From positions 18,600,001 to 18,664,000 of the forward strand of contig NC_087246.1 of assembly GCF_037042905.1 (NCBI RefSeq): a DNA stretch of 64,000 bases. Reading direction: 5' to 3'. Numbering within the stretch: position 1 is the first letter of the stretch; each line of letters starts with the position of its first letter. A model generated the notes under the pieces. The model saw only the letters and a program-made list of their open reading frames with translations. It was not told the origin of the DNA and searched no databases. This document shows positions 25,180 through 37,360 of the stretch, one piece after another. Position numbers and translations under genes: made by a program. This stretch comes from Lytechinus pictus. Lineage: Eukaryota.

Positions 25180-26500
25180 TATCAACATCATTGTCATTAT
25201 CATCATTATGATTATTATTATTATCATTACTATTATCATTCTTTATCATTATTATCATTGTTACTTTTTCAATTTCAATTTATTTATTTCCACTTAAAAA
25301 CAACAAAACAAATCAATATAATACAATATTCAATACATAGGCTATATATCAGTGGGGGAACATAAAAAGCTCAAATTGGCTTATTGTTTATTATTACTAA
25401 CCTTTATTCTCTATTATTATCATTATTATTATTAACCTTTATTATTATCATCATTTTAGTATTAATGTTATTATCTTTATTATCATTATTATTCTTTATC
25501 ATCATCATCATCCTTATTACATTATCTTTAGTTGTCATAGGTACTGGTCAACAATGGGGAGATTAAGGGGGTGGGGTACAGGATAATTGTGCCCCCATCC
25601 AATACAACCACAGCAGACTAATTCAAAAACAAAATTTCTTAATATTATCATCATCATCATTATAATTATTAACCTTTATTGTTATTATTATTAATATTAA
25701 ATATTGTTATCATTATTATTAATCTTTATTAGTATTCTTTATTATTATTATCAACATTATTGTTATTATTCTTTATCATCATTATTATCCCCATCATTAT
25801 CATTATTATCATTACAGTGTACTTTACTTATCATTTCCGTCACATATTTGTATTGTTTCTTTGATATCTTATTCATGTTTTGGGGTTGACTCTTTCCGTG
25901 TCATTCTTTATTCATTTTTGCCCCCCCCCCCTTCCCCATTCGTTGTTGGAATCGCTTTCTCCCTCATTTTTGTGTTTTAGCTTTCTTCTTTTCCCCTTCT
26001 CTCTTTCCTTCCTTCTCCATTCATTTTTTGTAATTTCCTTCCCTTTCTTTTCTTCTTTGAAGTTTGAATCAACATCTCTTCTTTCTATTTTCCTCATTCT
26101 GTTTTCATTTTATCTTTTCTTTCCTTCTTTTGTTTACTTTTCTTTATTGACACCCCTTATCTACTTATTTTTTTTCCCTTTATCTTTCTTAATTCCCCTC
26201 CCGTTTCCTCTTCTTTCCCTTTCTCCCTCCCTTTTTCTTGTCCTCTTTCCTTTAATTTGGTTTAGTGGCTTTTCCTGCTAAAATAACATAATAAAGAAAA
26301 ATAATGATAATAATAATAAAGAATAATAACATTAATAATGAAAATAAAGAATAATAATAAAGATAGTAATAATAATAATAATAATAATGATAATAATAAG
26401 GAATAATAATGATAATAAATAATAGCAAATGCTACTACTACTACTACAACTAGATCTAACAATAATTATAATAGTAATGGTAAAAATGAAAATAATAATT
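25180..26500. repeat. Low-complexity (ATT/ATC)n, polypyrimidine and (AAT)n tracts
   Basis: Directly visible simple repeats. Confidence 0.85.
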
Positions 26501-26792
26501 AGGATCTTCGATCGCTCAATCACCGTCAGCGCAGTAAAGCCGAGTGTACGAACATGCCAGCGAATTGGCTGGTACGCTCAGCTGTAGCTGACGGCGGTCA
26601 TACAGTACCAGTCACAATTCTTTGACTACCTGTTTCACCAGAGAGCAAAAGATTCATAGAAGAACCTGGCTGAACCCGATCTGTTTGTCATCAAAATTCG
26701 CTATTTTTCAGAAAGGTGGTAAGCTGATTGTAACTGATATTAATCTATCTTTATTATTTCTTCCTTTTTCCCCCATCAAAAAGCAAAATTTA

Positions 26793-27144
26793 GGAAGCGC
26801 CGTGGTGTAGCGGTTCTGACTCTCGCCTTGTAAACAGAGGGCCGTGTGTTGGAATCCCACCATGGCCTAGTGTCCTTTGGCAAGGCGTCAATCCACAATT
26901 TGCCACTCTCCACCCAGGTGTTAAATGGGTACCCGGTAGGATGCGAAAGCCTATGTAGTATGCCTAGCAATTGAGTCTTTGAACTCTTGTTGGAATGCTC
27001 CCCAGGGAGTGGAGAAGGTGCATACATTGTATGCGGGCATGCAAGGATCCGATGACCGGGGTAATAATATATCTGTAAAGCGCTTAGAGACGTTGTTCCG
27101 ATGTGTTAAGCGCTATATAAATGCGGAATATTATTATTATTATT
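26793..27144 (+). mobile_element. tRNA-derived SINE
   Basis: A-box-like tggtgtagcgg; degenerate B-box gttggaatcc; conserved-core-like cacccaggtgttaaatgggtacc; aagcgctatataaat followed by a (tat)n tail. Confidence 0.85.
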
Positions 27145-27600
27145 AGGAGTAATTGAGTAGGGTGCAAAGCGTACCCTTTCTCCATTAGCATAGACGCTGT
27201 AGTTAAAATAATTAAGGCTTTTGTTAAGCGACGGTTGTTCGCCCCACTTTTGAATTACGGTATCGCGTATTATATGTATTACGAGCCCAATTTGGCCGTC
27301 ATCCGTTTGTGTAAGAGGCCGGAGGATCGAGGAAAAAAAAATCAGGAAATGTGGAAAAACTCCTCCAAAACAGCGGATTTATCACTATCAGTCTAATTCA
27401 CGAGAAGCAAAGTCAGGCAAAGCCAAGGCTTTGTTGATAAACGTAGACCAAAAGCTTTGGTCTCTGTTATATTCGTTGTTCCGCTAAACTCCGTTGGTTC
27501 CACTCACCAATACGAGAAATAAAAAAAATAAAAAATTCCTCAAAACAGACGGCTGCCAGCTATCTAAATAAACGGAGCTTCTCTCTGGACTAGGGACTCC

Positions 27601-29341
27601 GGGCCGTATTCTGAAAATTGTCTTAAGAGAAATATTCTTGTGTCTTTGGAGTTACAATAAAATCCATATTCTGAAAATTCTTGTGTCTTTTCTTGTAAAT
27701 TTTCTTGTAACTTTCACTGAGCGTGTATGATGTCAGAGCTATAATGATGTGGAAGTTAAAAACGGCGCCTAAATATCTATGTTTGCAAGATAACATAACG
27801 AGATATTATAAAAACGGTATCCTGAAAATTCTCTTATCTTTGCGTTGTTAACTTCCTTGCAAAAATACAAGAAAATTTACAAGAGGTAGGGGGCTATTGT
27901 AACTTAATGTTGCATGCGATTTTTCTCGATCTAAAATAATATTTTCTTGCTGCATCCCGCAAGAACATCATGTTTTACTGCAGGAGACATTCCAAAGACA
28001 TTTTAATACAGAGACGGAATGGTAGACTTTTCAGCAATTAAAAATTGGTGATTGAGATGATGAATCTTTTCAAAGAAAATATGACTCTGACTCTGAGATC
28101 AGCCATGTGTATTTTTAGCACAGTGGCGCACATGCATAAGCGTCGGGGGCGCAAGGGAAATACGCCTCATGTCAACAATGCGCTCATAATAATATTCAGA
28201 AGAGACACTTCTATTGGTTGGCCTTACTTCCTAATAAGCATTAACATGAATGACAGAATATTGGGCATGTCAGAGATTAGACCAAAAGCTTCAGTCTCTG
28301 TATTTTGGTTGTTCCGCTGAACTGCGTTGGCTCACTAGACCAAAAGCTTCAGTCTCTGTATTTTGGTTGTTCCGCTGAACTGCGTTGGCTCACTCACCAA
28401 TACATAGACTGAAGAGCTTGGAGGCCCGTACGTACAGACAACGTATTTTAGCAGTAACGTTACTAGATCTAACAGCGGAAACCCGATTTTCCGATCGTTT
28501 TTTGTACATAAAATGTCACATTATGAAAAAGAAATCACATCCATATTTACGAAAAAATGTTTAAAATTCTGAAATATCGTACCTAAGACCGCAGTTACCG
28601 CTAATTCCTTTCAAATGATGATCGAAGCATCGTCATCTTCGATCCTATCGTTGGTCAACGTAAGTTGCCATCTTGGATGACGTCATCATCCTTACAGACG
28701 TATTTACCAGTCGCTATATATCGCGAAGCCGCTGCTTTGCGCTTGTAGATGTGCGTGCGTTCGGAACTTGTCGCTCGCATTGATTGGCCAAGATATCGAA
28801 AATTTAATCGGAAAGCCTTGATAAAAGCACAACTCATTGACGGCTGCCGTATTTTCCTCTCCGGCAGAAAATTTAAAAAAAGGAATAACACAGGGAATAA
28901 CTCATCGGTAACGTATATTTTCGATATTTTATAGATTTTACATAGTATCAATAGAAAGATTAGAGTCTAACGAAAATAGTGGGCCTTCGTTCAAGATCAT
29001 GTCATTTAGAATCTAAAATAAATTAAAATCTGGACAAAACCTGCCCTCCGAATTGTCGACCCAGATTACACATGCAGGCTCGCACTAACACACTACCGTC
29101 GGTGAATGGGGATTATAAAAAATTGTTGAATAAATCCCCAGAAACGACGGTTATTCCTGTCTAAAGACTAAACGTTAGTCAGAGATAACAAAAAATAGGG
29201 GACGTCCTTACACTAGTTACAGAGATAAGACAATTTTCAGAATATCGATTTAAGACAATTTTAGAATTTAGCGAGCTGTTGTCTTGCTGAGTTACAAGAT
29301 AAGTTACAAGAAAAGTTAAGACAATTTTCAGAATACCACCC
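27601..29341. mobile_element. About 1.7-kb TIR element in MK5 intron 1 with a nested insertion
   Basis: gggccgtattctgaaaattgtcttaa / ttaagacaattttcagaataccaccc; subterminal repeats of the motif. Confidence 0.7.
28278..29163. mobile_element. Nested element with TAGAC...GTCTA termini and a 58-bp terminal tandem duplication
   Basis: Both ends are shared with the mini copy at 37201-37360; gtcagagat lies immediately before it and again 14 bp after it. Confidence 0.6.
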
Positions 29342-29567
29342 TAGCCTAGGCCTAGCCGCCCTAGGCCTAGTACTAGTAGTACTAGTACTAGATCTATCGC
29401 CTTTTTATCGGGAAGTTTGTCGCGCCGCGCGCCGGGCCCTTCCCTCCCATTCTAACGCTGCGGATATCGACAGATGACTGACAGTCACAGTGTCAGTGAA
29501 AACTTAATAATGAAGCGATTGATTTGTGACAAACCATGACACCGTATGTATTGTTTTGCGGTCCTAC

Positions 29568-29594
29568 CTTTATCTTTACTGGTTGGCCACTCAT
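29568..29594 (-). CDS. MAPKAPK5: MAPKAPK5 exon 1 (MSGQPVKIK)
   Basis: aaacATG start and AAG|gtagg donor; phase 0 fits exon 2; lies next to a CpG-rich promoter. Confidence 0.75.
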
Positions 29595-29659
29595 GTTTCT
29601 TTCGGGATAAAGAGTTCTAACTAGAGCAAAAACAATTTAAATTGATCAATTCACGGACT

Positions 29660-29830
29660 TTATATTTCGGCACAGACCGACGTCGCAGGAGGTGCACGGC
29701 CTTCAACAAATGCGCATGCGTGGTATACCTGGGGAATTTCCCCTTTTCCGATCGATCCCGAGCGCGAGCGTTTCTTTGGCTCTACCCACTGATCTCTCCC
29801 GTTCAAAATGTGCAATTTCAGGCTTCGTGA
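29660..29830 (-). promoter_or_regulatory. Probable MAPKAPK5 promoter
   Basis: CpG-rich; NRF1-type tgcgcatgcg at 29711-29720; kB-type ggggaatttcccc at 29731-29743. Confidence 0.55.
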
Positions 29831-30068
29831 TTTATGGATATCGATCTAACCAAAGGCCAGCTAAACAAATATGATCTACTACCAACAAAGAAAATTTAAC
29901 TTAAATACAGTTTGCAGGAGAAGGATTGTCATTAAGCAGATTGCTTTAAAAAAATGACAACCCCGGAATAAAACTCATTAAATTAATATATTATAAAGCA
30001 GAATGGAAATGTTATTTTGTTTATAATATTTTATAATAATGAAGATGATGATAATTATGAATGAGGAT

Positions 30069-30207
30069 CACTAGCGTACCTACGGGGGGGGGGGGGCAGA
30101 GGGGGCACTCTGCCCCCCCTGACGAGCCACAACCCATACAAAAGACATATACCTGCCCCCCTGACGAGCTTAAAAGACCTTTTTTGCCCCTCTGACGAGC
30201 TTGAAGA

Positions 30208-30248
<41 letters not shown>

Positions 30249-30379
30249 TGTCAAATTTTTTTCTGGTACGAAAACCTTTATTTTTGTATTGAAGACTTTT
30301 TTTTTTTTTTTGCTTGTCAATTTTTTTGGCGGCCGATTTTGCCCCCCCCCCCCTGTGGAAAATCCTAGGTACGCCACTG
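30069..30379. mobile_element. hAT-like MITE with 8-bp TSD
   Basis: cactagcgtaccta / taggtacgccactg; TSD atgaggat on both sides. Confidence 0.85.
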
Positions 30380-30519
30380 ATGAGGATGATGGTGATAATG
30401 GTGAAAATTAAGGCCATGAAGGAGATGGAAATGATGATGATGATGATGATGACGATGACACAGAAAACTAACTGTTAAATAATATTCTGATAATAACATG
30501 GATTTAACATTTGCCTTGA

Positions 30520-30880
30520 ATGAGTAAAGAGTTGAATTTTTTTATAGACTGGTAGAGAGTTCCATAAATCGGGACCGTGGTGTCTTATAGATGTGCAATG
30601 AGCAATTTGGGGTTGGTTAAGTGAAAATTTGAAAAGTTCCATGTAGGGTATGAAGGAATAAATGTGTTCATTAATTGTACAAAATTGTAGGTGGAAGCAT
30701 ATACGTACTTGAACATCAGCAGTAAACTTTGAAGTGAATTTATGTCAAATAATGTAAGAGTCTTTATTTCATGGAATAATGGGTTTGTGTGTGCTAATAC
30801 TGCGAATCAGTATAGCTTCGAGTAGCTTTTTTATGTAATAAATATATTGTATTAATTTTAGTTTTTGCACAGGAATTGGA
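30520..30880 (-). pseudogene. Degenerate CR1/L2-group LINE ORF2 3-prime fragment
   Basis: Minus strand reads TSIRHHGPDLWNSLP, comparable to TITFSGPKYWNGLS in the ORF at 52637. Confidence 0.6.
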
Positions 30881-32086
30881 CCAAGCGCTGGAGAACAACG
30901 GCCGTGCCAAAAAAAAAATCGGATTTAGGATGCAAATTTGGCTAATTTAGACATTTTACAGCATTTATACAACGTATAGATGAATCCACCAAATCACAGG
31001 TCGTTTGATAATTTAAGTGCTAAATGGGGGAAATGATTGTACAGGCCATGCACCCCCCTCCCGAGATTCTCGCACGGGAAGGGGGGGTCATGTATTTTGG
31101 CCGAAAATTCCAAATTTGGGGAGCACCCATAAAACGTCAAGAGCTATATAATACTGCCTAAAGTGCAATCTATCACCTTTGAGTCTTGATGATCTGTTAA
31201 TGCCTATATTTTCGATGGTTTTGCAACATTAACTACGATGTCTATAATTTTATACGCAATAGTTGCCTAACCATGAAAATCAATATGATGTTCATATTGA
31301 TATCAATATTGACTTTATTTTACATATTTCGCATAATTATGAACATATGGGATAACTTATAAACTGTAAAGCAGAATTTTATGATTCATCGTGTCAACTT
31401 GGGCCTTGGAAAGGTCCAGGAATTCACCAGCGGTGTGCAAGGAATTATCTATAGCATTTGTCACCTGATCAATAAAAGAAAGTATAGCATGTACGGTAGA
31501 ATGTTTTATTCTAAACCCAAATTGGGAATCGCATAAAATATGACAAAAATGAATATACCAATCTTTCTTGAATTTTGGAAGGGAAGTAAGGAAAAAAATT
31601 AGTTGCCGACAATTCGTCTATCACCCTTTTTTAAAGAATATTGGCCAGATTGGGACAACCTTAGCTATGTTTGAGGAACCAAGCCAGTTTCCAGGGATTG
31701 GTTGAATATAAATGTGTAAATTCATCGTACTCTGGCGAGCGAAGCCAGCGAGCAAATTTTCTGTATATTTGAAAAATTGAAAGGTGAGCAAAAACATATT
31801 TATTTCAAATAGGCCATACGTTTACAAGAGACTAAATTAAGGCTGCAAAATATTACTTGATATTAAATTGTGAATTAAGTCGTCATTTCAAATAATATTC
31901 ACATGATTATAAGTAAGAGTAAAATAAGGGGTCGTTTATAACAAAATAACGAAACCTCAGAAGAGAGAGAGAAAAAAAAAGAATGATATCACATCAAAAC
32001 GTATACATGAGGATTAAGCAGTCGATATCAATATGTTCAATGAAAACTCATGTCCTATACTCCTTGGTTAAATGTGGGATGAGAAT

Positions 32087-32257
32087 TCTCAGTGTGATTG
32101 CAAATTCACTTGATAAGCCCATTTTTCATGATTTTTGTGATCCCATGGGATTGCAAATTCACTTGATAAGCCCATTTTTCATGATTTTTGTAATCCCATG
32201 GGATCGCAAAAATCATGAAAAATGGGCTTATGAAGTGAATTTGCAATCACACTGAGA
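32087..32257. repeat. Long palindrome centred on cccatggg with one arm tandemly duplicated
   Basis: gattgcaaattcacttgataagcccatttttcatg occurs twice, then as reverse complement. Confidence 0.85.
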
Positions 32258-32553
32258 TCAAAATAAATCGAGGAAATAGCATGTTAATGCTATGTAGTAC
32301 AGTATAATAAACAGTTAAAGATTGAAGAAAGTAAAATATATCTTTTGAAAATTTTTATCAGAGATGATAGGCCTATCTAAACAAAAGCTATATCATTGTA
32401 ATTACTTACCCTAATATTGTTCTGTTAATGTTTTTAACGTCTCCTATAAATAGATTTTAAAAATAATGGTAAATATACGGGAAATATTACTAACCTATAC
32501 GTACACATAGCTCATTAACGGGATGAATTTGATTAGTATTATAGTAACTGGAC

Positions 32554-32612
32554 TGGACGAGGCCAATCCAATCATTGAACGCCGGGTTCAATGATTGGAT
32601 TGGCCTCGTCCA
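32554..32612. repeat. Perfect 27-bp inverted repeat with a 5-nt loop
   Basis: tggacgaggccaatccaatcattgaac-gccgg-gttcaatgattggattggcctcgtcca. Confidence 0.9.
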
Positions 32613-32619
32613 ATAAAAC

Positions 32620-32883
32620 CAGGCGCGGATCCAGGGGGCACATGGGGCACGTGCCCCCTTTTGAGAAGCAAAATTAAAAATTTGTAAAAATGCCATGAAA
32701 ACAGTGGTGTGCCCACTTTTTTTAAATTGAAGACTTTTTTTTTGCTTGTCAATTTTTTTCGGGTACAAAATACCCTTAATTTGTGGTTGAAAACCTTTTT
32801 TTTTTTTTTTTTGGGGGGGGGGCTTGACAAAAATTTCCTCCGAAAAATTTGCCCCCCCCCTTTTGGAAAATCCTGGATCCCTG
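32620..32883. mobile_element. hAT-like MITE related to the one at 30069
   Basis: caggcgcggatccagg / cctggatccctg; shared tttgcttgtcaattttt body; no clear TSD. Confidence 0.65.
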
Positions 32884-33881
32884 AGAACCACAACATGGTC
32901 AAGTTGTATATGTTTTTTTTTTTTTTTTTTTGCTTGTATTGGTAGTATTTGGTATCTATATACTAAAAAACAATCAAACAAAAACAAAAATAATAATAGT
33001 AAAGATACGGGAAGTATTAGTGTCTTATAATATTATGTTGTTAAATATTGTAATTTTTCGTTTCATTATTGATGTTACTTTTATTTACAGGTCAGGTATT
33101 GATTTAAATTGTTATAATTTGTATTATATTTATATGTATATTTTAGATAAGGTTTAATATATAATTTAGTAATTATATATATTTTGTAAAGCGCATGCAT
33201 AGAGAGTCTTTTGACTGTTATGTGCTATGTACATTTCAAATATTGTTATTATTATAAGTAGTTCGTGAAAGTCACATTCTGATCTTATATTGAAACAGAA
33301 ATAGAATATTTCATGTAGATATAAAAAAAACTAAAATGACGTATTATATAGTTTTTTTTTCTTTCTCCATTTTTTCCCTTTTAACTTTTTTACCCCACTT
33401 TTTTCTCATTTCAATAGTATTTATGTTATTTAATTTTATCATCTTCTTATGTTTCTTTTCTATTCTTTTTATTTTCCTTTGGTTATTTTTTATTTTCTTT
33501 CATGTTTGACCTTTTCCCTTCTCTTTTCTTTTCTTTGCTTTTCTTCTTCTTGCTCTTTTATTTTACTTTCTTTTAACTTCCTTTCTTTTTTTTCTTTTGG
33601 CTTTTCTTTTCTTTTCTTGTTTTCCTTTCCTTTTCTTTTCCCTCAGAGACAAGAAACGAAGAAAATAAAATAAAGTTTATTTTTCTTTTCCCCTTCTTTC
33701 TAATTATATTCTAACTGCAGCCAAGTTTCAGAGTACACTGTATTCTTGGGTTCACAGTCCCCATCGAGAAAAATCTAGCTGCATATTTCCAGGAAATGAA
33801 GGATAGTTGAGGCCCGAGTTGAGGATCTATAATAAATCAGGGTTGTGACTTCCACAGTCATGACCACTGATCGGTGAATAC

Positions 33882-34222
33882 CCAGGGCGGAAATCTCTCC
33901 CCCAAAGATAGGGGGCCAGGGGCTAGAAAATTTGTCAAGCAAAAAAAAAAAGGAAAATAATTATCACCCCAAATGTAAGGTCATATCGACAAAAATAAAT
34001 TTGACAAGAAAAAAAAAAGTTATCACCCTAAAATGTAAGGTCATCTCTCGGGGTCATCTCGTCCAAAATACATGTTTTATTTCGATTTTAAATGATGTAT
34101 TTCTTTCCATCATACAAGTCCAAAAATAGTAGGGGGACATTTGATATTGTGCCCCCTACTATTTTGAGTAGGGGGGACACGTCCCCTTGTCCCCCCTGAG
34201 ATTTCCGCGATTTCCGCCCATG
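33882..34222. mobile_element. hAT-like MITE with 8-bp TSD
   Basis: ccagggcggaaatc / gatttccgcccatg; TSD gtgaatac. Confidence 0.85.
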
Positions 34223-35169
34223 GTGAATACTATAGTATTTCTAGTTCAGTGGTCATGACCGACCCACTGTGAAATGATCTCTTTTCACGTCTCTTTTCTT
34301 CAAATACGCCCTCTTTTGACCTTGTATTGGTAAATGGAAATCAATTAATATTTGAAAAAATGATACTAAAGTTTTGAAATAAAAATATTTTATCGTCTAG
34401 AAACAATTAAAAAAATGTAAAATTATGTATTTATATTTTATCATTTAATAAAATGTATTTAACATAAAATAACAAAATTATTACATCAAATAAATACTAA
34501 ATAGCCGAACCACTTTCGCTCTAAATTTGAAAAAAAAAAGTTGATCGAAGTTATTAAAGGTAAATTATTGAATTTTTCGTAATTTAAGTTCTTTTCTATG
34601 AATTTGATATGGATGGTTAACCCTCATTTTATTCATAATCCATGAGCTCTTACTTAAGATATGTTTTGTTTGAATTTTCCTTTCAGATTTAGCCGACCCG
34701 ACTCAGCTGCGAGTCCATGGCCATGTCATTTGGAAATTTCTAGCATCACATTACAGTCCCACCAATTGAGACTCGTGTGCGTGCCGGTGACTTTGGTTGG
34801 TTTGGTTGACAGTTGATCGTTGAATTAGGCCTAAGTAACGACAGTTACGTTGATGAATTCAGCTCATTCATTCTTCAGTTCACTCACCTCAGGAGGCAGA
34901 TCACCCTGTTTGGTAAATCAATAATAGAATAATATTTTAATACAAAATAGATTTAGTCAGACTAATGACATGTCATGATACTATTACTATTACTAGCACT
35001 CTACTCTCTAGGCGACACCCCAATACTTACCCGTGCTAATAAACTGGGACTCCACTCACGCGCGTTTGGGCCTCCCTAGCTTAGAACTAAGCACTAATAT
35101 CACCTTAAAAACTAAATCTACAAGGTATGTATAATCTATTTATAACTTTAATAATGTTTAATCGGTACT

Positions 35170-35670
35170 CACCGGTTCTTTTGTTGCATTTTCAGACCAT
35201 TTCTCACAATTCTTCGTAAATATTTGCGGCAAATTTTGTCGCCATAGACAGCTTAGCGTCCATCTTTATTGATAAATGGAGCGCCCTTTACGATAGTTGT
35301 TAATGCCGCGGATAAATCGTTAGGCATTTTGGCCTGTGTTCTTTCTGTTTTATTTTTTATATTGAAGATTGTGCATTTGTTGAATAGCGCCGTCTACGTC
35401 AGGTATGAGATCGAGTGTATAACTATAAATACACTCTTCCAAAATAATTATGATTCCGACCTGGCGCTGTTTAACTTCAATCTCTTTCACCTAAATTAGC
35501 GATGAATGCTAGCATTATAAAATATATATTATTAACGTCTGACGAAAAGAATAACCAACCGATCAGCTGACGAGAACGCGAATCACGTGATCTTCATATC
35601 AGCTTCGATCGCGAGTCAGAAGAGAAGAGCAGCTGCCCAGAAAATGAGGAAAAAGCCGTGAAAATGTAAG
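35170..35670. promoter_or_regulatory. Candidate bidirectional promoter with divergent non-coding first exons
   Basis: CpG-rich; palindromic atcacgtgat near 35582; plus donor aat|gtaagt near 35665; minus donor ccg|gtgagt near 35172. Confidence 0.45.
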
Positions 35671-35896
35671 TTCCCCTTCATTTCTTTCATTTTTTGTTGT
35701 TGCTAACGATGCATTTACACTATAAAATTATAATTTAAATAAGAGAAAGGAATAGAGCTTGTACTTGTGATATAATTGCCTAAATATCCTGTTCTCAGAG
35801 ATTTCTAACCAAAAATACTACTGATGTCGCCTATGAGGTCCATACATGTAATGTTGGACCTCATTGGTACTAGGAGTGCATGATAGTACTGATAGG

Positions 35897-36347
35897 CAGT
35901 AGAGGCGCACGGCCAATATGGGAGACTCTCTCCAATAGGGGAGAGAGACAATCTCCCACATTGGAGACTTGCTTTGCAAAAGGACAAAAGAAACAACACC
36001 AACAAAAGCATGATTTTTTCCACCCAAAATTTTGTCTCACTGAGGTCAGAAGCCCATTTGTTTTGTGTGTGATTGACAACAAAAATCCTTATCAAAACAA
36101 AAGTAGACGGTGAATTTTTAAAGTAGACGGTGAAAAGGGGTAACTTTTCATGAGGAATCTGCTTATTACATTTTTATTTGCCGCCAAGGTAATCCTTTTG
36201 CAGCAAATGTAAACAAAGGAAATTGGTCTCCAAAACTGGAGACTGTCTCTGAAATTGGATACCCAAATTCTTTACAAAAGTCTCTGATATTGGAGATAAT
36301 CTCCCACATTGGAGACAGTCTCCAATATTGGCCGTGCGCCTCTACTG
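35897..36347. mobile_element. MITE with 23-bp TIRs and an apparent 5-bp TSD
   Basis: cagtagaggcgcacggccaatat / atattggccgtgcgcctctactg; atagg on both sides; repeated ggaga/tctcc subterminal motifs. Confidence 0.8.
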
Positions 36348-37200
36348 ATAGGGTGTCTGGAGAAAAAAAATATTTTTCTTATTTCAAGAAAATATCACAT
36401 TTTCTTTGTGTATTTGAAGAGAAATGACCTTCAGACTGACAGAAATGTAACATTTTTGAAAAAAATCCAATCATTGGCTGCAAAAAAGAAGAATGAAATT
36501 AGGTAAATTTTCAGCATTTCTCTGCCATAGACTGTGTAGGCCCTAGTTAAGAAATGGACACACACAAATCAAAATTTTTAGCTTCCGAGAGCTGTTATAA
36601 ATTTATTATTAATGCCAAAAACTTGTCCATAAAGAGTCCAATAGGATTTTTTATGCTTTTTCTGATGGTATGATTTTTATAAAGATTTGGAAACCAGATC
36701 ACAATGAAAAATTGCGACAAAGTGAAAAAAATTGTGCAAAACAGAAATTTCATTTTCCCATAGAAAACGCATGGAGAAATGGCAATCTCAACACACACAA
36801 AAATAAGGGTTTGCAATTTATCTCTAAATCCTTATTTAAAATGATCATATAAACTTGTCCTTACTGTCAAAAGAAGCCCCTGAATTTTCTCTTTCCATAC
36901 ATGCCAAACACAAGTTAATCATCAATTCAGATCACATTTTTCTAGTAGCCTGAACTTCCCCGAAAAAATGTGCCATATTTTCCCCTAAATTAGCCTGTTT
37001 TATGCTGACACTTTTCAGTGTGGCTTCAGACACCCTACTAATGATAATGTCAAGTTTATGAAAAATGTTTTTCCTTCCGATTCCATTCCAAATCCAACTT
37101 CCAAGTTCCAAAGACAAAGTATAACGACACCACAAAAGATAGTCATGCATGGACATGTCATGGTAGTGTGACTGTGACTGTGACTGAGGTTACCTCAAGT

Positions 37201-37360
37201 TAGACAGGAATAACCGTTGTTTCTGGGGATTTATTCAACAATTTCTGACATTTTACTATAAATTTATAATCCCCATTTACCGGAATGTAATTGGTGAGTG
37301 AGCCAACGCAGTTCAGCGGAACAACCGAAATACAGAGACTGAAGCTTTTGTTTTGGTCTA
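37201..37360. mobile_element. 160-bp mini element with 9-bp TSD
   Basis: tagac...gtcta termini; TSD acctcaagt; inverted fusion of the two ends of 28278-29163. Confidence 0.8.

Noticed and set aside
25069-26523. Hydrophobic ORFs resembling membrane proteins
   Set aside because: They are translations of microsatellite and polypyrimidine tracts.
26793-26870. Functional tRNA gene
   Set aside because: The cloverleaf is degenerate and runs directly into a SINE body and tail.
30021-34129. Poly-Lys/Phe/Gly ORFs
   Set aside because: They arise from homopolymer runs in MITEs and low-complexity DNA.
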